Assembly (NCBI GenBank): GCA_964199315.1
Contig: OZ116705.1
Span: 13,268,001 to 13,332,000, forward strand
Direction: 5' to 3'
Source: Orbicella franksi
Lineage: Eukaryota
Length of the DNA stretch: 64,000 nt
Below are positions 53,201-64,000 of the stretch, piece after piece (the stretch's first letter is position 1; each line of letters starts with the position of its first letter). Both the position numbers and the translations under genes were made by a program. Below the pieces are notes generated by a model. The model worked only from the letters and a program-made list of their open reading frames with translations, was not told the origin of the DNA and searched no databases.

Positions 53201-56200
53201 GAAACAATGTTTAGGATGCACTTGGAGAGTTTCGTAAATTCAGCCCCAGCTCAGTAGCGTGGGGTTATGGAGGCTCAGAACGACTGAACGATATTAGTGA
53301 CTTCTATTAAGCCTCGGAATTTAATCAGTTGGAATGCTCTACTGAAATAGCACTGGTTGATACAAATATTCCTACATTTAAAGTTTGCATTAATTCCTTG
53401 TCTTGAGGCAAACGTTGTCATATTTTGGAAACATAAAATGTTGCGAAGACAACATGGTAGAACCGCAGAAGAAAGATATAGTACCTGAAACATCGTCTCA
53501 ATCAGATGTGCGCAACTTAGGCAATATCGAAATACAGCCTGAACTCATGCAGCTTGCATGTTATTCGAACTGATGATCTGCTGAGTGTTGGGAGGAAAGA
53601 TAAAATAGTCCTCCAGACATGATCTCTCATTAACAACTGTAATGAAATCTTGGTGATTACTTTTAGGTGGAGTTTGTTTAACAAACCCTTGTCACAACGG
53701 AGGATCTTGCGTAAATGTCGGCGAAACGTTTGAATGTATTTGCCGAAAAGGATTTACTGGAAAGAAGTGTAAAGGTGAGTATTCCATATTTCAGAATGCC
53801 TTATTTATTTATTTTTCTTTTTTGCATGCCTATAGCAAACATGCGTTAGTGCAAGAACATGGAAAAGGTATAGACAATGTATACATACTTTTCTCGGAAT
53901 AATTTACACTTATTGAGCATTTGTTTCCTTTCAAGAATTAAGTAGGAAAATTATACCAAATTGGCTAGTAAACAATTGCTCTGCCCAATTCTTTTGTCAG
54001 CCCTTCCTTGTCCGTGGTGACAGTGACAAGAGATAACGAAATCAAACAAACAAACAAACAAACAAACAAACAAACTTCCAACAAAATTATATTTCAGGCC
54101 GCGTTCTAGAGATCTATTGTAGTTAATAAGCTACAAATACGCCCTCGACCAGTCTGCCTTTTGGGATTCCAAAGCGAGATTGGTGTTAATTAACAAATTC
54201 AGATTTCTTGTACGACAAGGCGTTTCAAAAAACTTACAGTGCAAATATGAGACCAAATAAAATTCGTCCAGCGTGGTCTTCAAGCCTGCGTTTTACGGAA
54301 AACACAATGCAAAAAGCCAAGGCTTGGACAAGAACTGGTCGTCCTCACTTTTACGTGTAAAATACAATAAAAAAATCATTCCTAAGATTACTCATCCACA
54401 CCACATGTAACACTATCGCTCAGTAAAATCTTAGTATGATCGCATTCATTCGATTCAATAAAGATGTCTTGCTGTGAAATAATTGTGATGCTATGTTTGA
54501 TAGAGGGATTTAAATATCTCTTTTGGGCGAGTACCCAGTTTAGAATATAGGCAAAGACACTTGTGAACAATAATGCAATAACAGCGTCAATTGGTATGGA
54601 TCACAAATCCAAAACAAAACAGAAGTTCAGAAGCTTGATGCATTTAATCGAAGATTGTATGAATTTCTTTGTCGAGATATTTGAGTTGCCTGATCCACAA
54701 GGCTACGAGCCTCCTAACAAAAAAGTGACTATTAACAGTCTCAAGAAAACCTGACAACATCGCAAATAAAAGCAATGACAACCACAACGTGGAGCTGGAT
54801 GAACAACTCCTAAATTAAGGGCTCTTGCCTGAACAAAACCACACAATATCATAAACAACACGCAAAACAGTCCACAGACTTGCGCTTGAACATCTACATT
54901 TGCAGTTCCAGAACGAACAAACTGGAAGGACAAAACGCTCGATGAAATGACAAGAAACATAAGAACGTCTCTTTAAGACAGACTCATAGCTTTCAACAAG
55001 GAAAGCTACAGCTATCTCTGGCGAAGCCGGACAAAGATAAATATGACACCCGTGATAAGAAGCAGCATAACTTGCAACAGTTAATCAAACTGCCGGGCCC
55101 GGCGTAATAATACAAAAGGCAAGTAACCAACACGTTCACGGAATATTTAAAACTTGGTCCCTCCAGAGCTAATATTTAGAGAGCTTAAATCATATCTTGC
55201 AATACAAATGAGCCAATAACAACTAGCACGTGGCAAATAACAGAGGTGTCGAACTCTACAAATTACACGCGGATAACAGTGGAAACCACGCAGACCTATG
55301 ACCTCTAACGGCTCTACTCTGGTGAAATGTCCTTCTAAAAACAGGATTATTGCTTAGCGAAATATTCAAAGATCCCCCTATCGTACCACACGAAGGGAGC
55401 AGAACCTCAAAGATGTACTAGTTCGAGCAAAACTCTCAAAGCGGCTATTACACGTGGATAGGAGTTGTGTAAGCCTGTTACCCCATTGTTATCAGTGAAG
55501 AAGGTGTATTACCGATAAAATATAATAATTTTCAGAAATAATTTTAAGATTCTTATAAAGTTTCTTCTTGCTGAAGAGAAGCCAAATTTAATTGGGGCAA
55601 CATACCATCAAGTGAGACGCAAGATCTCGCTTCCCCACTTTTGTGACTGATGTTTACGATTTTGTTCACATTTAAAACAGATCGAGCCCAAGAAGTCTGA
55701 ATAAACGTGGTTCCAAAAACTTTTCGTGAGAGCTAATCTTTAAAACGCTACGGTTGACCCTATTTAATCAATAATTTATATTTTACTAATAGAATTTGAC
55801 TAAAAATTACATTAAAACTAGGACTGTGCACAATGTGCACAGAAACCCAAATTCCTCTTAAAAAAAGTCAGATTTTCCCAGACATTTTTCCATCAAAAAC
55901 ATAATTATTTCTATATATATCATCAGTTACAGTACTACATTGATTTTATTTAATTACAGACAAACATTATGTAGGAAGAATGTAAAATTATACGGGGTCA
56001 TGACTACTTTTAAAATTCCTCGTAGGTTGGTTGCGGCAACTATCGATATAGAGAAAATATCCTTATATTGAACTTTTGTGACAAACATAAATCCCAAATT
56101 ATATCTTTTATTTTTTCTGTTTGTTTGTTTGTTTGTTTTTTAGTTGGTTTTGTTTGTTTTTTCAATGTGATAAAAAGTAAACTTTCCTCCGTAACGCAGC

Positions 56201-59200
56201 CTGACTGTTGTTGGTTGTTAAACTGTTTATGGTCGAACACTTTTTATTTGGTTTCTGCATTTACAAGTATAAGCTTATTTTGTTATGTCATTGTTTTTGT
56301 ATCACTTAATATTTTACGGCATTTTCGAACCAAATGTTATGAAAAGATATCGAAATTGCATTGCGAAAGAGGCAATGAAATTTGCTCAATGACTTGTATC
56401 TTTAATTGGAGGAGTTTGTGCCATAACTAGCCAAAACAGTAGTATACCTGTCAATGAAACATGCAAAATTTACCGTGTGAACCAAAAAGAAAGTAGTAAC
56501 ATCACGTTTGAATTCGGATTGGTTGAAAATAAAGAGTCTTTTGGCCTTAAAAGTTTTTGGTCACACGGCGCACGATTGGACCAATCAAATGCCAGAGACC
56601 GTGAACTGTCAGAGCGGAGACAATTCATGACTACGACCACCCGCTTCGACCATCCGCTGTGATGACTTTCAAATAAAGGGGCGGTCATTCACCCGTTTTA
56701 ATGAAACAGAAGGGTCGTTCTTAGCCCCTGAGGTAATCATAAAAGTTCAGTGAACAAACATGTGGCATGGCAAGTGTTTAGACCTCCGTATCAACAAGTT
56801 CCTCTGTCCTTGCCAAAATTACATGCTTCAGAGATTTTGTGTTGGTTTTGGTATAGTCAATGTACCTATGTAGCGAATTCGATGTTTCTCGTGGGCGTTT
56901 TCCTGCTTACGAAAGTGTTGTTGGTATCTTCTCAATTCTCTTTGATGCTTCCTTCCCATGGCGATTCAGAAAGAAACCCATGTTTACCTAATCCATGTCA
57001 CAACGACGCACAGTGTACAGTTTCAGGATCAAGTTTCGATTGCTCGTGTTCCATTGGTTGGAAGGGTGAAAGATGCGAAGGTAGGTACTGAAGAAGTTTC
57101 AACCGAGACTTTGAAAAAATAATAAAACTACCTAGGAAAAGCTTGGACAACTTTCGTTACCTTTTTGTTCTGTCTACGTTTTAAGATATGGATGTTTATA
57201 AATATGGATGGCATGTCTATTCGAAACAAACAAAATTCTTCTGTGTGGGTGATTAAAATTCTTCTGGTAAGAACGTTTAGGGAACAGGTCGGTGACCCGC
57301 AGTCATTCCCAGCCAACCACCCAGGAGGCCTTAGGCGACATCATTGTTTCATTCAATGTTTTTGTTTGTTCCATGGATGGCAATTTTGTCTTTGTCTTTC
57401 CAAACACCTGGTTTATTTGAATAGTAACAGGTGGAAGTCAAACTATGGGGTTAGCTGAATTAGCCAGGTTCAAAAATAAACACCAGGCCATGCCATGCTT
57501 TATACGGAGAACGATATACTACCCGCAAGTTTGTGAGAAAAAATATTGAATGGTCATAAAAATATGTATTTGGAAATAAAGCTCTGATCCTACCTTGCTA
57601 TTATTCCGGAGTTCAACTGCTCTAGTCTCGCTGAAGTAAGCGATTTTCTCCAGGTACCTAATGTAGTTTAATGGTCTTACTGAGCCCTTTTTTCTCATAA
57701 AAGAGGACTTATATGGATAGACCCCAACCATCATTAGTCACACTGGATTAGAGAATACTTGAATACTTGCAACGAATGTATAATTAGACTATATACAACT
57801 TACATGAATTAAAACAAATATTTACAAACTTACTCTAACTGTGAATTACTTAAGTGCCATCGAACTTTGTCCTCTAACCTAAAATAATTCCTTTGGCTTT
57901 TTGGAAGTTTTCTTTTGCGCTTGAATAACTGTGACAGGGAATTGTAGATCCAACCATTCCAACCATTAAGCATACTTCTCATTCCCTGTAGAACCCAACA
58001 AGTGTCATCCAAATCCATGTATGAATGGAGGATCTTGCACAGAATTACAGTTTGACTATGAATGCACCTGTCCCCATGGATTTCATGGGAAAAGTTGTGA
58101 AGGTTTGAGATGTTCAAACGTTAGCTCTTTATGTTTCAAGTTCCAACCACTTAAAAGTCCTCACGTCGAAAGCTTTAGACGATAATTTATAAACATTACT
58201 TTTAGAATGAACCTTCTAAAACATTGGCAGCTCTAGACCAACTCGGAGAGACTTTCCGTGTTCTTAGATGTCACATTGTATTTACGTTCCATATTCCAGC
58301 GTATCAATTCGTTTAGCCGTTTGCAGTGGTTAACTCATTATCTTTGATCAGCAATTATCTGTTTGTTTGATGTTTCATTTGTTGAGTCCCCTCAATGATT
58401 AAGTTATACTACCGTATTTCGTCAATCTAGATTTTGATCAAAATCAGTTTTACTGTGACACGTTTAATTTCTTTTTTGTGTAGATTTTGGTTTGACAGGC
58501 CACTGTTTTCTTTTTTACGCTTTCCATTGGCGACTTGGTCAGATATCATCACGAAAAGCGATCTATACGAGTATAACTTGAGAGTAGCCATGTTAAAAAA
58601 AAAAAAAAATTATATGTATAGATTTGCTCTAAGAATAAACTATCAAAGTTAATCAAACTAATTGATCCCCAATACCTTTTAGAAAAAAGAACGAGCTGTT
58701 CTCAAAATCCGTGTCTTAACGACGGCCACTGTATTGAGGCAGCATCTGGGAGCTTCGAGTGCGTATGTAAACCTGGCTTCTCTGGGACGACATGTGCAGG
58801 TAAAATAACTTACTTTCAACAGCCATTTCTTTACTATTCGAAAATATTCATTGGTAAAAATTGCTATAGCAATAATACACTCTCAAGATTATGTGACGTT
58901 ATCGAGGTGCCCTAGGGAACAAACGTTATCTTGAATTCAACCGAACTCACTGTCCTAGAAAATACAAGAAAATTTCTGCGAACACAGGAAGACACGATAT
59001 TTTCCAAAAGTTCATCGAACGGTCAACATTGGAAAACAAGCGTTTTCGTGAATTCACGCGATTTTGCCGTCAGGGAAAATGAAAGAAAAGCACAGAAAAA
59101 AAAAAAAAATTCTGGTAAACAGTGTGTTTTGCGAAATTTAACGGAATTTGCCGTTCTGGAAAACAAGGGAAAACGCCGGTTTTCAACTGTTAACCCCGGA

Positions 59201-62200
59201 TGAACGTGAAGTTTTACACCGGGAAAACATCTGTGAACAGAGGCAAACAAGACATTATTCGCCAAGTGTTAACAGACTTGTAAATTCCAGAAAACAGGCG
59301 TTTTCCAGCGTTCAATGTAACGGAAAACTACCGGATAATGGAACGAATACTTCAATTGGAAAATCTGGGATCTTCCGATTGGTGAACACCAGTAAATGTA
59401 AGCAAATGCCACGTTTTGCGTAAATTCACCGCGCGTGAAACTTAGACCAATGACAATTTCGGAGAATTCCAGCTCTCCATGGTCAAACAAATCAACAATT
59501 AAAATTTAATGTCTCAGTTCCATGCCGTTTATAAAATAGAAATAGTCTTCAAGGATAAAGCCATAATTTGAGAAAACAATGGATTGCCCCTTCTTGTGAA
59601 GAATCTTCCCACATTAAGTTTGTAAACCAAAGCCACCTTGACCCCAGTTCCCAAAATAGTCTGTTCGGAAAGTTTATTATTTGTTCTTCCAACAAGGATT
59701 AATTCAGTAGATGTCTTGTGTTATCGGTCAATGATTTCCTTGATTTACTTTCATCCTTACAGTAACGCAGAGTAAGTGTTTGCAAGATCCATGTGCGAAT
59801 GGAGGGACCTGCATCGAGTCTATTGGTGGAGCAGGATACGAATGTCGCTGTCCAGTGGGATACAAAGGCGTCAACTGTGAAGGTAACCACCAGCACGCCA
59901 ACGTTATTTAAAACTTCATTTTTAAATAAGAGTGAGATGGAGGGGGGGGGGGGGGGGGGAGAGAGGGAGGAGGGAATGGTTCAACAAATTTTCCTGGGAA
60001 AGTTTCCATACAATCCAAAAACTATGGATTGTTCGACTTACGAATCATTCAATTCAACCTGAAATCTTATCCTGTGAAACTGTCCCCTCTTTCAGAAATT
60101 CCGTAAACAGCCTCAGTCTAATACTCCAGAAGATGGCGTTCAATTTCGCAAAATAAATTTTCAAAAGTTTGGCGAAATAAAAAGAGCTCTAAGTATATTT
60201 ACACCCATAATGCCATTGAACACGTAAAGCCACATAAATTATTTTCATCTAGGCGCGTAAACTAAAGAAGTTCCCTAGCCAACCTCCACGCCATTCCTTT
60301 TCCCTATAGGATGACAATCTCCTCAACAACTCCGTTGCCCCAACAATGACTTTCCTGATCTCTTTTTTCCATCCCATTTTATTCGTTTTTAGTTTTACAC
60401 GTTTTCGTTATTGTACTTCCAAATACATCAGATGCCAGTAAAGAGTTTAAACCATATACAAATCGATGCCTGTATTTCAATTACAGAGCGAAGTCCATGC
60501 CAACCGGACACATGTGCAAACGGCGGTACATGCTTTGAAACACAAAGCGGCTTCAAGTGTTTGTGTCAAATAGGCTACAGTGGAAAGTCCTGTTCAGGTA
60601 GGAGCTTTTTCTCAATAAATATATGTTATTTTCAGGCCAGGAGGTCTGTATTGGGAAACTGTGCCAAGCTGCATAGGCCATTCATATCCCATTTGCAAGC
60701 TACATAGGCCAAAATAATGCTATTTAGGTCGATTTCAGGTCTTAGAATAGGCCAGACCAGCGAAATCGAATTTCCATCGACAAATGCGACAGCAAGAGGA
60801 GATGATAAGAATCATATGAGTGATTAAACTAAAGCAATTTTATATTTCAGTACGTCACAGCTGTCAACCAAATGTGTGTAAGAATGGCGCAAAGTGTATT
60901 GAGCACGACAGTGGCTTTAAGTGCGTCTGTCCGTCAGGGTACAAAGGAACATACTGTGACGGTAAGTAAATAAACAATCAAATGTATACACTCCCTCGTG
61001 CTAACACTTCCTAAGGTAAAAAAAAATGAAATCAACTGGCCAGACCAGCTAGATGCAACTAATGCTGTGTCTCACATATTGTGCGTACTTTCCAACCTTT
61101 AGAGCTAGACCACTGCAAGCCCAATCCCTGCCAACATGGCGGAGACTGTGTAGAAACGGATAACGGCTTCAAGTGTCATTGCCAGGCGCAATATCAGGGA
61201 TTGCGCTGTGAGGGTAGGTCTCCAGAAAATATTGTTGTACCAAATTCCTGTAAATTCCAGCTGATGCAAAAAGAAGTTACCATTAGATTGATTCCAAACT
61301 TAGAAGAACCGGTTACTGCAAAATATTGATAAGTTCGATGTAAGAATGCAACATGCCCCAAATCAAGCCTTGATTTTTCTTAGCCCCGGAGGTGCCAGTG
61401 TGTACCTTGCCATCCATCTGCTCTTGGGTTCACTCAATTGGCCAGTTGTTCATCAGAAAAGTATAAAAATAGCTTGCTAAATCAAGCCTAACGCTAATAA
61501 AAGTAACCAGTAAAGCGGAAGTTTTTAGTGTGAGTATAAAATGTTGCTCTTACGTCTAAAGAGGGCGTAACGAAAAACAACGTCCAACTTTCTAAGTTTA
61601 CTACGGCCGTTAAATTATCTTTATTAATCATCAGTCAGTCGTTAATTTAATTTACATGTACTTCCCAACAGCAGAGCCCCAAGAAATCAATTGCTATTGT
61701 TCTAGGGACCTTTTGCCTATATTGTCTCCCTCCCCAGCCCCCTTCCCTTCGCTTTAATTTCGGAGTACTCTCCCCGTGACTTTTCGGTTGAATTATATGT
61801 ATTAGACTCAAAGTTAATCATTACTTCACCCGTTCTATTTCAGATATAAACATGTGCATTCCAAACCCATGTAAGAACGGAGGCCAGTGCCTGGGTTACG
61901 AGGGAGGTCACAAATGCATATGTCTCCCTGGATACAAAGGAGAAAGCTGTGAAGGTGGGTGTTTTGTGCACATATTTTAAAGCAGCTTGCCGGTTACGAA
62001 TTTTGACAAAGTGCTATTGGCTATGTTTTTTTTTTTCAGTCTAATTCGATTCGTATTTTAACGTTAGGGCGACTATCTTGGTTTTGCCGCTGTGAGTGGG
62101 TTTTAGGCGACCATTTAAGAGCACATTTTTTAACATTTTGCAATACAAAGAAAAAGTTATAAATGCGATTAAAAGAACATTACTCGAGTCAAGCAGATGT

Positions 62201-63869
62201 TTGTTGTTATTTTGGGAGGCTGTTTTTAAAATGTTATCGAGATTTTTTTTTCTTATACTGAATATTAAAATTCTCACCTTTAAACTACTATTGAAGAGCC
62301 ATAAATATGGTTAAGTTGAAAGAAAAAATAGCCACAGAAAACTCACTTGGCATCCTAAAACTATACTCCAGTTAAAGAACAATCTTATCTGTAAAAATAT
62401 GCAAAAAAATCTTGGAACAGTTAAAGCTGCAAAATGTGAGAAGAAGAAGTTTAAGCTGTGCTATTGTCAACAAACTGCGCCTTCGTATTTGGCATAACAA
62501 CATGAAAATAACGATGCACAAAGAGAATGATGATATATTCCACTTACCTCGTGAAATAGCGAGAGCTGGATATTCCACGATGTCTCTTCGCATTAGGATA
62601 CAGCCGCATTTTCCATGGTTAGTGTACGGAATTACCGTAAGGCATCATAATGGTTAAGCTGATTTCAACTCTCCGAATGCGGCTGTAACCTAGTGAGAAG
62701 ATAACTTGGGGTACTTCTTTTATACACCAAGAAATGTTCTCCCTGGATCTTTCCTGGCCAAAGTTCTAAGAACCCTGACAACCATTTCTTAAAAAAAAAA
62801 AATCAAACGATTATCCTATTTAACTTATTGGATATGTACGCGTTAACTATCCGTAGACGTATTGTTATTAATTAACACTCGGTAAAAGTTTCCACTAATA
62901 TATGGTTTATTATTTTAGAAAAAAACGCTTGCGATCCTAATCCTTGCCACAACGGTGGAGCATGTTCACAACAAGGCGACCATTACAAATGTACCTGCAA
63001 GAGAGGTTACACAGGAGAGCAGTGTAAAAGTAAGACTATTACGATGGTTGTTCTTGGGCAAGACACTTTACTCTCACCGCGCCTCTCTCCACCCAGGTGT
63101 ATAAATGGGTACTGGCGTATAGTTAATGTTGGGGGTAGCCCTGCGATGGACTAGCATCCCATCCCGGGGGAAGTAGAAGTACTCCTAGTCGCTTCATGCC
63201 ACTGAAACAGGAGATAAGCGCCTGCCTGATGGGCCACCTGGCTCGCTTACAGACTTGCCTTTTACCATATCTGTAACGATGGATAATCAAACTGCTACAA
63301 TTGAGAAAGAGGAATAATTTCAGGTACACCTTTCGACAATGCGGATGTGAAAAGAGCTGCTCGTTTCACTTAATTTCAAAGTGATAGGCCCGTAGATGTT
63401 TTAACCAATTGTTCCATTTATATGTTTAATTTTATCTCTGAATCTTTCTCATCCTCAGTCTCATTGTAAGTATCTTTTTAAACCACAGTGGTTGACAGTT
63501 GTTTGTCCAACCCGTGTCAGCACGGAGGAACCTGCAAGACAGAGGAAGGAGGTTTTGTTTGCACTTGCACTGTGAACTACAGAGGAACGTTTTGTAATGG
63601 TAAGTTGGAAACGATGGCTATCGTCCAGTAACAAGAATTGAGAAATAACAAAATACCAAAGTTACTGTGAGTCGAGTAAAATAGTCTTTGATGTTTTGCT
63701 TTGCGCTCATTCGGCATTTCTCCCATTTTGCTTATTTTTCTTTTGATGCTTTAATCAGAGAGGGAGCCCTGCCATCCAAACCCTTGCCACAATGGAGGAA
63801 AGTGTCTCTCTACTTCCGATGGATTTGTTTGCAGATGTGCCACGGGATATAGAGGAGAAACATGTACAG
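50274..63869 (+). CDS. Gene E: secreted Leu/Ala/Gln-rich protein with at least 12 EGF-like domains (continues past the right edge)
   Basis: Exon 1 is 50274-50979 (signal [23 protein letters not shown], donor TTAG|GTATGT). EGF exons: 53667-53774, 56970-57080, 57992-58102, 58683-58799, 59763-59882, 60487-60597, 60851-60961, 61103-61213, 61844-61954, 62919-63029, 63489-63599 and 63759-63869. All are phase-1 GT-AG with 6 Cys each. Confidence 0.87.
52831..53156. mobile_element. MITE with a perfect 17-bp terminal inverted repeat (PIF/Harbinger-like)
   Basis: CCGTCCACACTAATCCG (52831-52847) pairs with CGGATTAGTGTGGACGG (53136-53152), and the element ends GGGCC. Confidence 0.8.
54043..54075. repeat. 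(CAAA)n microsatellite
   Basis: Eight perfect CAAA units. Confidence 0.95.
55350..55435 (+). mobile_element. Decayed Penelope-like retroelement fragment in a gene E intron
   Basis: [12 protein letters not shown] followed after a frameshift by [10 protein letters not shown], resembling the post-RT motif of Penelope-like ORFs. Upstream sequence from about 54600 may belong to the same relic. Confidence 0.5.
63048..63266 (+). mobile_element. 5'-truncated copy of the tRNA-derived SINE
   Basis: Aligns with the 8871-9169 copy from TTCTTGGGCAAGACACTTTACTCTCAC to GGCTCG...CAGACTTGCCTTTTAC, and lacks the tRNA-like head. Confidence 0.85.
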
Positions 63870-64000
63870 GTGTGTCTGTGGTTTTAGAATGGCGCCTTGC
63901 ATACACTATGTGCTATAAACTGTATAATCAATCAATTATTTGGCAATCAAATTTTTTACTTAACATGCAACGCATCGTTAGGTGGGTATAGTAGTTACTT

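Noticed and set aside
58925-59470. Recurrent (T/C)GGAAAACAAG-like motifs in a gene E intron
   Set aside because: Irregular spacing and degenerate copies, so not a CRISPR-like or satellite array. Probably subterminal repeats of an unclassified transposon.

Overview
AT-rich eukaryotic genomic DNA, most likely from an anthozoan cnidarian such as a stony coral. This is inferred from the minicollagen-type cysteine-rich domains and the repeat types. The window holds a cluster of five related multi-exon genes for secreted proteins, labelled A-E here. The ORF track only partly shows them because most exons are about 111 nt. All five share one plan: a large first coding exon (signal peptide, basic segment with di/multibasic sites, gene-specific low-complexity domain), then phase-1/phase-1 cassette exons each encoding one EGF-like domain (36 six-Cys EGF exons mapped by hand), then a gene-specific ending. 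A (minus strand) runs off the left edge and sits head-to-head with B. B has His-rich, Pro/Met-rich and VP(Y/F)PV-repeat regions plus 4 EGF. C is Pro/His-rich with 14 EGF and a WSC-like domain. D is Gln/Gly/acidic with 1 EGF and 11 minicollagen/NOWA-type CxxxCxxxCxxxCxxxCC domains. E is Leu/Ala/Gln-rich with at least 12 EGF and runs off the right edge. An intronless class A GPCR lies between B and C. Introns and spacers contain a Penelope-like fragment with a near-perfect inverted repeat and a variant hammerhead-like motif, two Crypton/DUF3504 relics, a TTAA-flanked non-autonomous piggyBac-like element, tRNA-derived SINEs and several MITEs. There is one 135-nt N gap. Main hypothesis (inference): an exon-shuffled cluster of cnidocyst or extracellular-matrix structural proteins. 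All gene models were read by eye, with no expression data or database searches.
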